Of a stretch of 64,000 nucleotides of DNA, positions 46,593 to 57,357 are shown one piece after another. Under the pieces are notes generated by a model, which worked only from the letters and a program-made list of their open reading frames with translations, had not been told where the DNA came from and did not search any database. The stretch is taken from NCBI GenBank assembly GCA_947447665.1, contig CANFJX010000002.1, forward strand, positions 209,659 to 273,658, in the 5' to 3' direction. The DNA comes from Bacteriovoracaceae bacterium (GTDB lineage: Bacteria > Bdellovibrionota > UBA1018). The translations under genes and the position numbers were made by a program. Numbering within the stretch: position 1 is the first letter of the stretch; each line of letters begins with the position of its first letter.

Positions 46593-47396
46593 ATGCTGAT
46601 GAAAACGAACTCGCACAAACGAACAACCCAGTTTCTTCTCCTTTCACTTGTTCTAGGGCGCCTCCACCTGGGTGCTTCGCACGCTTGGGCGGCGCTTCCC
46701 GAGCCCTCCATAAGTCCCTCTCCTTCACCTTCTCCCGTCGCAAAGCGAAAGTCGCTCGTGGTGGATATTGATGCACTCAGGCCTCAATTTGGGATTCAAC
46801 TTTTTACATCTCCCTCCCTGATTGATAACAAGAAAGCACGGCAATTTTTTACGCAGCAAGGGTTCACTGGGGGCACTGACTCAACCGGTAATCCGACTGC
46901 GCCGACTCCATCGATTAGCGCGATCGGCCTCATGTTGGACTACCAGCCTGCGTTTATGCAGTTTTTCGGCGTCCTCGATTTAGGGGCCTCAATTGCCATC
47001 AACCCGATTTTTCCTACTCCGAACACCTACGTCAATTCGATTTTGAGCCTCTATTCTGCTGGACTTCAGGCCCGCTACCAACTTCGATTTTTCCGAGGTC
47101 AGCCATTGGTTCCTATGATCGGTTACTACGCCGATGCTTTTTCATATAGCTTCAGCGGAAGCACTGCTCTCGGGGACTCCATCAATCTCAGCGGCAGGAC
47201 GATGATCCATGGACGGATAGTGGGAGCGTGGCTTTTACTCAACTGGATTGAGCCCACCGTTGCTCGCGAATATTTTATTGATTCGGGTGCGAGTCGGTCT
47301 TATTTAACTTTCGAGGCAAGGGAATTGCTTTCGAATGGGCCGAGCTTCAACGTCAGCGGTTGGTCTTATTTGTTTGGCTTTCGCAGCGAGTTCTAA
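46593..47396 (+). CDS. Outer-membrane beta-barrel protein
   Basis: Signal peptide (HAWA), PS-repeat linker, amphipathic strands, C-terminal YLFGFRSEF (Bam-type terminal Phe). Confidence 0.75.
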   Translation: MLMKTNSHKRTTQFLLLSLVLGRLHLGASHAWAALPEPSISPSPSPSPVAKRKSLVVDIDALRPQFGIQLFTSPSLIDNKKARQFFTQQGFTGGTDSTGNPTAPTPSISAIGLMLDYQPAFMQFFGVLDLGASIAINPIFPTPNTYVNSILSLYSAGLQARYQLRFFRGQPLVPMIGYYADAFSYSFSGSTALGDSINLSGRTMIHGRIVGAWLLLNWIEPTVAREYFIDSGASRSYLTFEARELLSNGPSFNVSGWSYLFGFRSEF

Positions 47397-47420
47397 TTTT
47401 TTTCGAGGAGTCTCCCTTCT

Positions 47421-48566
47421 ATGAATTTAAAAAAAATTACGACTCTAGCGATGGGCGGAATACTTCTAGCTAAGGTCCCTATCTCATTCGCTCAGCCGAC
47501 TGCCCAGGAGTTAAATAGAGAGTTTTGCGAGCAACTTCAAAACTACGTCATGAATGGTCATCAGACATCTCAGCGGCAAGATCAACTCCACCAGCTTTCA
47601 GAAGCCGCTACCAGAATCCAAGATCCCACCGTAGGCGAATGGGTGAGAGAGCTAAGCAATCTGCACTCAGGCGTGGTGAGTTCACCGCAACCGCCTGCAA
47701 CTACCCTCCCCTCTGCAAGCAGCGGAGCTTACGGCTCACCGCCAAGGCAATCCCAGAGGGACAGAAGCATCGAGATCAGGAGATCGTTCGCTATCCTTCC
47801 TCCCCTAGCAGGGACCCCTGAAGTAGTCCGAAGTTGCTTTTCGGAGATTCCCGATCCTCAGTTCCCTGTTGTGCCCACCTGTGGGAAAAGACTGCGCGGT
47901 AGCGAAATTCGATCGGTCTGTTTTCAAAAACCAGAAATTCTCTCTCAGATTTTAAAAATCTCCATGCTCGGAGACGCCGTTAGCTTTTGGAGTAGCTATC
48001 ACAAACAAGCTCTCCATCTCGTGCAACAAATCGCTACGAAGTCCTGTGGACCTACGGTGATTTCTATGCGCCTCCTCGACTTGGGATTACCTGGCCCCCC
48101 TTCCGCAAAGCGCGCACAAGATGGCCTCACTAACGTCGACGATCTAGAGCGTGAAATCCGAGGTTCCGGACCTGATCTTTTAACCACAGAAAAATTTAAA
48201 TTCAAAATTGCGTCTAAAAATCAGCTCTATCTGGAAAATACAACTGGCGAATTCGACAGTTTTAAAAAAGACGACCAGCCCACACTCAGCAAAGTGAGCT
48301 TCATTGATTTTTTAGAAAGACGCCTGAGAATCTATGGCCCAGTTATCACCAGTATCACTGACCCAAAATTAGGTGGGCACTGGATCATCGTAGACGAAGT
48401 TTCTAAAACTGACGGGAGCGTTCGAATTCGTGATCCCTATCATGGTCGGATGATCGACATCCCGATTGATGCTTTCATCAAGCGTTTCATCGCTAAAGGA
48501 GTCGATGAGGGCATGACCGAAACAATGCTCTGGGCGTGGAAGGAGCCACGAAACGAATCTCGTTAG
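47421..48566 (+). CDS. Secreted papain-fold (C39-like) cysteine peptidase
   Basis: Signal peptide (ISFA); QQIATKSCGP (Gln/Cys), GGHWIIVD (His), RIRDPYHG (Asp). Confidence 0.78.
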   Translation: MNLKKITTLAMGGILLAKVPISFAQPTAQELNREFCEQLQNYVMNGHQTSQRQDQLHQLSEAATRIQDPTVGEWVRELSNLHSGVVSSPQPPATTLPSASSGAYGSPPRQSQRDRSIEIRRSFAILPPLAGTPEVVRSCFSEIPDPQFPVVPTCGKRLRGSEIRSVCFQKPEILSQILKISMLGDAVSFWSSYHKQALHLVQQIATKSCGPTVISMRLLDLGLPGPPSAKRAQDGLTNVDDLEREIRGSGPDLLTTEKFKFKIASKNQLYLENTTGEFDSFKKDDQPTLSKVSFIDFLERRLRIYGPVITSITDPKLGGHWIIVDEVSKTDGSVRIRDPYHGRMIDIPIDAFIKRFIAKGVDEGMTETMLWAWKEPRNESR

Positions 48567-48595
48567 CGATTTTTTGGCGAATTGAATCCTCAAAC

Positions 48596-49501
48596 CTACC
48601 CTAGCCATTTTCTAAAATGGCGAACTGCCTGATCGCTTGGGAACAGAACTTCCTCGGTGGCTAACCTTACGTCAATGGGTTCTTGGCTCGTAACTACTTG
48701 CCGATCTTCATTTAAGATCCCCCGAGTGCGGCGGAGCATCAGAAAGTTGATAACCCTATTAAGGCCAGGAATATTTGCAAATTTGCGATAACTCTTAAGA
48801 TACAAATCAGTGTGCTGATCATCCACAGGCACGAAAGCTAGAGTAATGGAGTACTTCTCCGAGATCCGATTGATCCATACGTTCGGAAAACGGAATTCAA
48901 TAAAACTTTGCGGCTCTAAGCCGTCTGCGCGAGGGAAAAACCATTTAATCCGTTCTTCATCCATCTTAAATTCAGGATATCTCTGAATAGGCGTGGCGTA
49001 TTTTCCGATCGAATTTCGGTGGACAAACGGAAGATGGGCGTAATCCAGTTGATTTTCGACCGAACGTGAAAAATGAGTTTTCCAGCTGGCTTTCATGTAA
49101 GCAGTACAAAAGGTATCGTCAACTTCTGTAAACCAGGCGGGCATCTTGTCAGCGGGCTCCCCGTCTCCCCACCACATCCAAACCCACCCGTCTTTCTCCC
49201 TGTTCTGATAAGTTTTCACTGAGAGCTTCGGCGCTGCTCGGTTGAGCTCAGGCACCCACTGACAAGTCCCGACTGCATCAAATTGAAATCCGTGAAAGGG
49301 GCAGGCTAACTTCCCATTCTTTAACTCCCCCAAACTGAGCTGAGCACTTCGGTGCGGGCATCGATCATCCATAATCGTCAGTGCACCCTGGATATCTCTC
49401 CAAAGAACTAAACGCTGTCCGAAACGAGTCAGAGATAAAATTTTATTTTTCTTAATCTCGGGCGACCGAGCAATCACATACCAGTGCTTTGGTAGATTCA
49501 T
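48596..49501 (-). CDS. Rieske non-heme iron oxygenase (VanA-like alpha subunit)
   Basis: DRCPHR...CPFHG Rieske motif; ENQLDYAHLPFVH mononuclear Fe motif. Confidence 0.93.
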   Translation of the reverse strand: MNLPKHWYVIARSPEIKKNKILSLTRFGQRLVLWRDIQGALTIMDDRCPHRSAQLSLGELKNGKLACPFHGFQFDAVGTCQWVPELNRAAPKLSVKTYQNREKDGWVWMWWGDGEPADKMPAWFTEVDDTFCTAYMKASWKTHFSRSVENQLDYAHLPFVHRNSIGKYATPIQRYPEFKMDEERIKWFFPRADGLEPQSFIEFRFPNVWINRISEKYSITLAFVPVDDQHTDLYLKSYRKFANIPGLNRVINFLMLRRTRGILNEDRQVVTSQEPIDVRLATEEVLFPSDQAVRHFRKWLG

Positions 49502-49602
49502 CCTTAAACTATAGAACACCTATATTGTTATGTAAATTTATCTTATTGAAAAAAATAAAAAGAGAATATCATATCTCCTTTGCTGATGATAGAGTACTTG
49601 AG

Positions 49603-50244
49603 ATGAGTATTTTGGCCTGGGCTCAAATAATTGCCCTTTTCAAAGTGATAGCGATTGACGTGACACTAGCTGTAGATAATGCGGTCGTTATGGCTGCCAC
49701 TGCTGCAAGGTTGCCCAGTTCAATACGAGGAAGAGCGATCTGGATCGGTGTCGGAGCAGCGGCTTTTTTCAGAATAATTTTCGCCTGCTTTGCAGTGCAG
49801 CTACTCAATATATTGGGACTACTTCTGGCCGGTGGGCTGCTACTCCTATGGGTGGCGTGGAAATTTTGGCGCGAGATTCGGTCAAACTCTAATCAACATG
49901 GCAAGATAGCCCAAGAACACATAACTACCCGCGTCAAAATTCGCGGAGATTCATCCAAACAGGCTGTTTTTCAGATTATTCTCGCTGATTTTTCTATGTC
50001 ACTCGACAATACTCTGGCCGTTGCTGGCGCAGCCCATAACCACTTCTGGATCATGACGATTGGACTTATTTTCTCTGTTGTTCTCATCGGGCTAGCCGCA
50101 ACTTTTTTGGCCCACTTGTTCCATAAGTACCGATGGATTTCCTACCTAGGACTCTCCATCGTCCTCTATGTAGCTCTATCCATGATTTGGGATGGTGCTC
50201 AAGCGGTTGGGCACGCTTATTTGACTGCGGGTTTGACTCACTAA
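49603..50244 (+). CDS. TerC family (YjbE-like) membrane protein
   Basis: IDVTLAVDNAVV, QIILADFSMSLDNTLAVAGAA. Confidence 0.92.
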   Translation: MSILAWAQIIALFKVIAIDVTLAVDNAVVMAATAARLPSSIRGRAIWIGVGAAAFFRIIFACFAVQLLNILGLLLAGGLLLLWVAWKFWREIRSNSNQHGKIAQEHITTRVKIRGDSSKQAVFQIILADFSMSLDNTLAVAGAAHNHFWIMTIGLIFSVVLIGLAATFLAHLFHKYRWISYLGLSIVLYVALSMIWDGAQAVGHAYLTAGLTH

Positions 50245-50288
50245 TCGCCCGCATCGAGGACCCTCTTGTTTGAGTCTCCTTAGTGGTG

Positions 50289-50325
50289 CTTTTCATACAT
50301 TACACTTTTCATACATTGCACTTTT
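50289..50325. repeat. 16-bp direct repeat (about 2.3 copies) overlapping a promoter -35
   Basis: cttttcatacattaca / cttttcatacattgca / ctttt. Confidence 0.7.
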
Positions 50326-50350
50326 TTAGGTCGACCATTATAACTATTTT

Positions 50351-50758
50351 GTGGCTGCAGAAACCCTACCCATCCAAATTAGAAGCTCCTCCGGCGTCCT
50401 CACCTCGGGGAGCCTTTCGGTTGAGCGATGGACTCCAGCCCAGCGTCGCGGCCGAGCACTTAAGTTTGTTTCTCGGATATTCATCAGATTCTTACTCGTC
50501 TGTACGTTCGCGATTTTTGTTCACCCGCTGATCATTCCCACGATCATTGCTCTGATCTTATCACCTGTGATTTTAACTTACCTTTACTCTTATCGAGCGG
50601 GGCAAGAGGCCACATTTCTTTTTGCCGAGGGCAAATGTCCGAATTGTGAGCAAGATGGAAAACTCAATCCCTACCTTTGGAACACGCTCGCGGACGAAAT
50701 GTCTGTCATCTGTCCTGGGTGTGGGCAAACCTGTCAAGTGATCCTACCTGCCTCATGA
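50351..50758 (+). CDS. Membrane protein with a C-terminal zinc ribbon
   Basis: Two TM helices, then CPNC...CPGC. Confidence 0.78.
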   Translation: MAAETLPIQIRSSSGVLTSGSLSVERWTPAQRRGRALKFVSRIFIRFLLVCTFAIFVHPLIIPTIIALILSPVILTYLYSYRAGQEATFLFAEGKCPNCEQDGKLNPYLWNTLADEMSVICPGCGQTCQVILPAS

Positions 50759-51121
50759 CGTAGAAAGGCACATACGTTCGGGCGGCCTGATGAGTCTACC
50801 CAAAACCTATTAAGACTGAATCACTGTATCGGGCAACTCCGATTTTAGAAGCTCGGAAATCACCATGGGGTAGAGCTCGAGAGATATGAGCCTGCCGGTG
50901 AGAGATTCGCTAATCGCCTTACTACTCGAAAAACGCACCGATCCAGTGAGGACAAATTGCCCAGGCCTTTTGTTGTGCCGTACCCACTCCTTGAGTGCAG
51001 GAAAGATCTTGGGAGCATACTGGCACTCGTCAATCGCTGTGCATGTCTTGCTCTCACATGTGCCGTCATATTATCTGATAGTAGCGGTTTTACACTCAAC
51101 ACAATCTTCAAAGCCTATCAG

Positions 51122-54100
51122 CTACTCAGCGGCCTCAGGGCTTTCTAGTTTCGAAATCAGGCTATAAACGCATGGGACAACGAACAAGGTTAGGATTGTC
51201 GATGCGATGACTCCACCAATGATCGAGATCGCCATCGGGATCGTCGTCTCCGACCCAGGCCCCAGGGAGAGCGCCTCTGGCAATGCCCCAGCAACAGTAG
51301 CGACGGAGGTCATCAAAATGGGCCTAAGGCGAACGGGACAGGCCTGAATCAGTGCTGTTTGAACATCAGCCCCTTCGCGTCGACACTGATTGGTAAAATC
51401 GACTAACAAAATCGAATTCTTCTTCACGATCCCCATGAGAAGAATAAATCCGATCATACTATACATATTGATGGACTGATTGCAGAGCCAAAGAGCAATG
51501 AAAGCTCCTGAAAAACTAAAGGGTAGAGCCATCAGCACGGTAATTGGATGGATAAAACTATTAAACTGAGATCCGAGCACCATATAAGAGACTACAATTC
51601 CCAAGAGTAGTGCGATCATTAAACTTTGAAAAGACTCTCGAAAACTCTGCGAGCTCCCTATCATCTTCAGCGTGTATCCCGGAGGCAGCATGGACCGAGC
51701 TAACTTCTCTGAGTACTCCATAGCCTCTTGTTGGGAGTGACCTGGAGCTGGATTTCCGTAAACAGTAATAGCCCGAGCTCGATTAAGTCGAGAAATCAGC
51801 AGAAGATTAGGCTCTACCTTTACATCGACCAATTCTGAAAGTGGAACCCGCTGCCCGCGGTTATTACGAATCATCACATTCTTTAAATCAGGTAACTTAG
51901 CCCGTTCAGAAGCCTGAAGACGAACCTCGATCTCATATCGATGCATCGCCTTGGGATATTCCGTTTGTCCATTGAGGATCAATCCTCCCACTAATGTGTT
52001 GATGGTGTTCGTCACGGTTTGGACCGAGACCGCGTGCTGGGCTAATTTCTCGCGATTGGGAATAATCCTAACTTCTGGCATCCCACTTTGAACGTCCGTG
52101 TTCACATCCACGGCCAAGTGGGACTCCTTCATTTTATCCATGATCTTCTTGGTTAAGTCCGTGAGCTGCTCCCAGTTTGGCCCCTGAATAATGAACTCAA
52201 TTGGAAACCCCCGAGAGGCTGCAAACCCTCGAAGCGAGAGATCCTGAATGACACTTTCCATCCCAGGCACTAAATCCCGAATCTCTTTTCTAATTTTTTT
52301 AGTAAAATCAGCCTGGGAGACTTTCCTCTTATTTCGATCCACCATGGTAGCAAATGCCATACCTTGATTGACGGCGTCACCACCAAATCCACCTACGGCA
52401 CTAAAAATTCCGCTCACCTCAGGCTTCGTGAGAAGATAGTTTTCAACCTGCTTCATTTTTTCATTGGTCACACCGAGTGAGGTTCCAACGGGAAGTTTAA
52501 ACCTTAGCATGAACATCGACTGATCCTGAGGCGGCATCATTTCACCTGGAAGGCGCTTGGCGATGAGAATACTACAGCCAAAAAAAAGGAAAGTCACCCC
52601 GAGCGTCTTCCATCGATGTTTAAGCAAGACTCGAAGCAAGGCCTCGTAATTCCTCGCTAGCTTTTTAAACACCTGATCAACAAAATATCCCAACCCTTGC
52701 GAATTATGCTCGACTGTCAGATAGCGAGAGCAGCGCATCGGAGTCAGAGTCAGAGCCTCCAAAAGAGACAGCAGCACTGCTACTGTTACAGTCAGGCCAT
52801 ACTGGAGGAAATACCGGCCAATAATTCCCTTCATGAAGACCACGGGAATAAAAATCGCTACGACTGCGATCGTCGCGGCCATCGCTGCGAAAGTAATCTC
52901 CTCTGAGCCTTTTAAGGCCGCTGCAAATTTTCTCTCCCCCTTTTCGCGGTGCCTGACAATATTTTCAAGCATCATGATCGCGTCGTCGACCACTATCCCA
53001 ATCGCCAAGCTTAATCCTAATAGGGTGAAGGTGTTCAAGGTGAAATGAAAAAAGTAGAAGGAAATAAAAGTCCCAATAATGGACGTCGGGATCGCCATGA
53101 GGACATTCATGGTCGAGGTCCAAGATCCCAAAAACAAGTAGCATACTAAAGACGTGAGTAATGCCGAGAGCCCCAGAGTAAAGATGAGCTGATCAACGGA
53201 TTGCTTAATAAAACGGGTACTATCCGTCCGCATTTCGATATGAAATTGTTTAGGCAGAGTTTCTGAGATCTCAGCTAATTTCTTACGAACCCCTTGAGCG
53301 ACTTCAACGGCGTTTGCCCCGTGTTGTTTAATGACTCCGATACCGACTGCGGTCTTGCCATTCACTCTAGAAATTCTGCGAATGTCAGCGGTTCCCTCTT
53401 CGATCTTAGCAACCTGGTTCAGAAGGGTAGGTCTGTAGTTCACACCCTGAAATTTGCGAGTGTTAATCCGAATTTTCCCAAACTCCTCCGGACTTACCGC
53501 TTCACCGAGTACCCGCAAATTAAACTCACCTTGATTATTATGAAGTATGCCAGCCGGAGTCTCAATTTGCTCCTGCTGGATTGCAGTCACAATATCCCCG
53601 GGTCCAATATCAAATTGGTCCATTTTTTTAGCGTCAGCCCAAACTCGGAGTGCCGGATCGACATACCCACCCACCACAATATTGCCTACGCCTGGAACCA
53701 TTCCAAATTCATTTTGAAGATGGGTCTTTGCATAAATCATGAGATCAATGAGAGGCGTCTTAGGGTCATTGGCCATAAATCCCAGCCACATAATGGGTTG
53801 ATCTTCGGGATTCGTTTTCCTTAGGACAGGCGGGAAAAGCGCAGTGGGCAAAAGGTTTCGAACCTGCTGTATGTGATTTCTTACGTCCTGAAGGGCCTGG
53901 TCGATATCTTGATTGAGCTCGAACTCAACAGAAATACTGGCCGAACTCTGCTGTGCGGTGGACGTAATGCTTCGAATCCCATCTAATTGCATAATCGAGT
54001 CTTCGACCGGGTCCAAAACCTGACTTTCCATGACCGCGGGTGCTGCACCGTTGAGACTAAACGACACACTGACCACCGGAAAATCTACGTCCGGCAACAG

Positions 54101-54208
54101 ACTCACCCCAAGGCGGTGAAACGAGATCGCCCCAAATACGATCAGAGCTGCCATCAGCATCCAAGCAAAAACCGGTCGTCGAATTGAAATCTCAGGCAAG
54201 CTCATCAT
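51122..54208 (-). CDS. RND efflux permease (AcrB/MdtB family)
   Basis: SIRRPVFA, PDVDFPVV, IGIVVDDAIMMLENI, GIVKKNSILLVDF, RLRPILMTS. Confidence 0.96.
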   Translation of the reverse strand: MMSLPEISIRRPVFAWMLMAALIVFGAISFHRLGVSLLPDVDFPVVSVSFSLNGAAPAVMESQVLDPVEDSIMQLDGIRSITSTAQQSSASISVEFELNQDIDQALQDVRNHIQQVRNLLPTALFPPVLRKTNPEDQPIMWLGFMANDPKTPLIDLMIYAKTHLQNEFGMVPGVGNIVVGGYVDPALRVWADAKKMDQFDIGPGDIVTAIQQEQIETPAGILHNNQGEFNLRVLGEAVSPEEFGKIRINTRKFQGVNYRPTLLNQVAKIEEGTADIRRISRVNGKTAVGIGVIKQHGANAVEVAQGVRKKLAEISETLPKQFHIEMRTDSTRFIKQSVDQLIFTLGLSALLTSLVCYLFLGSWTSTMNVLMAIPTSIIGTFISFYFFHFTLNTFTLLGLSLAIGIVVDDAIMMLENIVRHREKGERKFAAALKGSEEITFAAMAATIAVVAIFIPVVFMKGIIGRYFLQYGLTVTVAVLLSLLEALTLTPMRCSRYLTVEHNSQGLGYFVDQVFKKLARNYEALLRVLLKHRWKTLGVTFLFFGCSILIAKRLPGEMMPPQDQSMFMLRFKLPVGTSLGVTNEKMKQVENYLLTKPEVSGIFSAVGGFGGDAVNQGMAFATMVDRNKRKVSQADFTKKIRKEIRDLVPGMESVIQDLSLRGFAASRGFPIEFIIQGPNWEQLTDLTKKIMDKMKESHLAVDVNTDVQSGMPEVRIIPNREKLAQHAVSVQTVTNTINTLVGGLILNGQTEYPKAMHRYEIEVRLQASERAKLPDLKNVMIRNNRGQRVPLSELVDVKVEPNLLLISRLNRARAITVYGNPAPGHSQQEAMEYSEKLARSMLPPGYTLKMIGSSQSFRESFQSLMIALLLGIVVSYMVLGSQFNSFIHPITVLMALPFSFSGAFIALWLCNQSINMYSMIGFILLMGIVKKNSILLVDFTNQCRREGADVQTALIQACPVRLRPILMTSVATVAGALPEALSLGPGSETTIPMAISIIGGVIASTILTLFVVPCVYSLISKLESPEAAE

Positions 54209-54211
54209 GGC

Positions 54212-57200
54212 TTAGGCTCCTTCGACTTTCTCGGTGTGCTCAAATCGAGTCAAAAGACTGTAAACGCAAGGAACAACAAAAAGAGTCAGAACGGTCGATA
54301 CTAAAACACCACCAATAATAGAAATCGCCATGGGGACTCGAGTCTCTGCTCCCGCTCCAAAATTGAGCGCCTCAGGAATTGCCCCAGCAATCGTTGCTAC
54401 GGAGGTCATAAGAATCGGCCTCAATCGAACCGGGCAGGCTTCGAGTAGGGCTTGAGTCGGTGGCACCCCCTCAGCCCTTCTTTGATTGGTAAAATCAACG
54501 AGCAGAATCGAATTTTTCTTTACGATCCCCATGAGAAGAATAAGACCAATAATACTAAACAGACTCAAAGACTGATGGGTAAAGAAAAGGGCTGCCAGGG
54601 CTCCTGACAAGCTAAAGGGCAGGGCCATCAGCACCGTGATAGGATGAATAAAACTATTAAATTGAGACGCCAAAACCATGTAGGCCACGACAATTCCTAA
54701 AACAAGGGCAAAGAACAATCCACTAAATGCATCATGAAAAGCCTCCGCGCTCCCTGTGGCCTTCAATACGTAACCTGAATGAGGAGGAAGAACCTCCTGC
54801 CCAATTCGTACCACCGCCTCTAAGGCATCTTGCTGGGAGCGATGATTGACGACATTCGCATAAACAGGAATCGCCCGTGCCCGATTCACCCGCGAGATGA
54901 GTTGTGGTCCTGTGGTTAGCTCAACATCGGCTACCTCCGAAAGCGGAACAAGCGTGCCACCCGTTCCACGATCGTTACTCAAAAGGAGTTTTTTAATATC
55001 ATCGATGCTCCCACACTGGCCAGGTTCCGATCTAGTCCTTATGTAATAGCGATGTTCATCTTTAGGGTATTGGGTATTCGCGTTAAAGATTTGCCCGCCT
55101 ACCAGGACACTGACCTCTTGCCCTAAGGTAGTGGTCGATACACCGCGAGACGCTTCCTTTTCTCGATTAGGAATTACATGAATTTCAGGCATTCCTACTT
55201 GAAAATCAGTATTCAGATCTTCCACCAGCCCGGTCGCCCGAAGTTTTTGATTGATCACAGTAGTATAATCGATGAGCTTTTTCCAATCGGGGCCCTCAAC
55301 GGTGAACTCGACGGGAAATCCCCGAGATGCACTAAAGCCCGTCAGCGAAAGATCCTGAGTCGAGATCTCATCTTGCGGCAATATTTTTTTCAATTCACCC
55401 TTGGTACGGTCCATGATTTCGCGCTGACTCTGAGTCCGATACTTTGGATCCTTTAGGATGACGTAAATCACACCCGCATTCACTACATTATTGTTCTGGA
55501 AGTTCCCGATCGTGGTGTAGAGATCTTGTACTTCTGGCTGTTTTTTCAAGTAAGCTTCGGCCTTTTGATAGACTTGATCGGTAGCCTCAATAGCGGTGCC
55601 TGGAGGAGTCTTGATGGAAAGGAGAAACAGGGATTGATCTTGCGCAGGAATCAACTCCTTACGGAGAGTCACCATGAAAACCATCGAGCCTGCAAAAACA
55701 ACCAACGATAGCACAACGATCCGAGTCCGGTGACTCAGACACCAATGAAGCAAGCTACTGTATTTTTCACTCAAGCGGTCCATCAGCCTGTCCATGGTCT
55801 TAAGTGTCCACCCCGGATTTCCCGACTTACCTGAGTGTAAGAAACGAGCACAGCGCATCGGAGTGAGAGTCAAAGCCTCGAGTAGCGACAGAAAAACGGC
55901 CGCCGTAACGGTGATCCCGTATTGGTAAAAGAACCGACCTACTACCCCCTGCATAAAAATTACGGGAATAAAAATCGCTGCGATAGCGAGGGTTGTTGCC
56001 AAGGCTGCAAACGTGATTTCATTTGATCCATCTGTCGCCGCTTTTTTACGAGTCTTGCCCATATCAAAATGACGAACGATATTTTCTAACATCATGATCG
56101 CGTCATCGACCACGATCCCGATCGCCAAGCTGAGTCCTAAGAGAGTGAAGGTGTTGAGGGTGAAACCAAAAAAGTACAGCGCGCTGAAGGCCCCTACAAT
56201 CGAGGTAGGAATGGCAAAAAGGACATTAATCGTCGACGACCAAGAACCCAGAAAAAGAAAGCACACGATCGAGGTTAGAATCGCCGAGTAGAGCAACGTC
56301 ATATTCAGTTCATTGACCGAATCCCGAATATACTGCGTCGTATCGAGACGAACATCGACATGATAGCCGGACAAAAGCGACTTTTGAATTTGTGCGACCT
56401 TCTGGGTGACTAACTTTGAAACCTCTACAGCATTCGCACCGTGTTGCTTGACGATACCCAAGCCGACGGCTGTCTTCCCATTAAACCGAGAGATTTGGCG
56501 AAGATCCGAGATCCCCTCCTCAACCCGAGCTACCTCATGCAAAGCGATCGGCTGATAATTGGGAGCTCCATTTCGGGTATTGATTCTAATCTTCCCAAAG
56601 TCTTCTGCCGTCCGAGCTTCACCTAAGACTCGAATATTGGTTTCGTTCAGAGGTGACTCAATCCGGCCAGCGGGCTGTTCGACTTGCTCCGCCTGAATGG
56701 CAGACAAAATATCGGTCGAGGTCAGATTAAAATGATAGAGTCGATTGCGATCAATCCAAACGCGGAGGTTTGGATCGACGTAACCTGCAAATGTAATATT
56801 GCCTACTCCAGAAAGCGTCGAAAGTTGGTCTTTAATGGTATTACGAGCGTAGATCATTTGTCGATAGAGCGGAACGCCCTCATCCGCACTCACCATCACC
56901 CACATAATCGGCTGATCTTCCGGGTTGGTTTTAGTAATGACGGGTGGGTAGAGCAAAGTAGGTAGCAGATTGGAGGATTGTTGAATTCGATCTTCCACCT
57001 CTTGAAGCGCTACATTGACATTGTGATTCATTTCGAATTCACAGGTTACATTAGCAATACCCTGGCTGACATTTGAGGTAACCTTTTTGAGGCCCTGAAT
57101 CCCCATCACCGCATCTTCGATGATATCTACAACATCGACTTCCATCAGCTCGGGAGCTGCATTGTCGAGCCGAAGGCTAATATTCACTACAGGAAAATCA

Positions 57201-57319
57201 ACATCCGGCATTTGACTAATGCCCATTCGCTGAAATGAAATTGCCCCGAATAGAATTAGACCTAGCATGAGCATCCATGCAAAGACTGGGTTTCGAATTG
57301 ATACTTCCGATATACTCAT
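54212..57319 (-). CDS. RND efflux permease (AcrB/MdtB family), tandem paralog
   Basis: Same signature motifs as the neighbouring RND gene. Confidence 0.96.
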   Translation of the reverse strand: MSISEVSIRNPVFAWMLMLGLILFGAISFQRMGISQMPDVDFPVVNISLRLDNAAPELMEVDVVDIIEDAVMGIQGLKKVTSNVSQGIANVTCEFEMNHNVNVALQEVEDRIQQSSNLLPTLLYPPVITKTNPEDQPIMWVMVSADEGVPLYRQMIYARNTIKDQLSTLSGVGNITFAGYVDPNLRVWIDRNRLYHFNLTSTDILSAIQAEQVEQPAGRIESPLNETNIRVLGEARTAEDFGKIRINTRNGAPNYQPIALHEVARVEEGISDLRQISRFNGKTAVGLGIVKQHGANAVEVSKLVTQKVAQIQKSLLSGYHVDVRLDTTQYIRDSVNELNMTLLYSAILTSIVCFLFLGSWSSTINVLFAIPTSIVGAFSALYFFGFTLNTFTLLGLSLAIGIVVDDAIMMLENIVRHFDMGKTRKKAATDGSNEITFAALATTLAIAAIFIPVIFMQGVVGRFFYQYGITVTAAVFLSLLEALTLTPMRCARFLHSGKSGNPGWTLKTMDRLMDRLSEKYSSLLHWCLSHRTRIVVLSLVVFAGSMVFMVTLRKELIPAQDQSLFLLSIKTPPGTAIEATDQVYQKAEAYLKKQPEVQDLYTTIGNFQNNNVVNAGVIYVILKDPKYRTQSQREIMDRTKGELKKILPQDEISTQDLSLTGFSASRGFPVEFTVEGPDWKKLIDYTTVINQKLRATGLVEDLNTDFQVGMPEIHVIPNREKEASRGVSTTTLGQEVSVLVGGQIFNANTQYPKDEHRYYIRTRSEPGQCGSIDDIKKLLLSNDRGTGGTLVPLSEVADVELTTGPQLISRVNRARAIPVYANVVNHRSQQDALEAVVRIGQEVLPPHSGYVLKATGSAEAFHDAFSGLFFALVLGIVVAYMVLASQFNSFIHPITVLMALPFSLSGALAALFFTHQSLSLFSIIGLILLMGIVKKNSILLVDFTNQRRAEGVPPTQALLEACPVRLRPILMTSVATIAGAIPEALNFGAGAETRVPMAISIIGGVLVSTVLTLFVVPCVYSLLTRFEHTEKVEGA

Positions 57320-57357
57320 GTTTTAACCTTCCCTAGAGTGAATGAGAGAGACGGGTC

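Noticed and set aside
50780..50860. Possible hammerhead ribozyme (CTGATGA followed by a GTCT/AGAC stem)
   Set aside because: The stem is followed by TGAA rather than GAAA, and I could not build stems I and III.
50860..51167. Short ORFs between the zinc-ribbon gene and the RND genes
   Set aside because: Three overlapping frames with no motif or clear ribosome-binding site; none can be supported.
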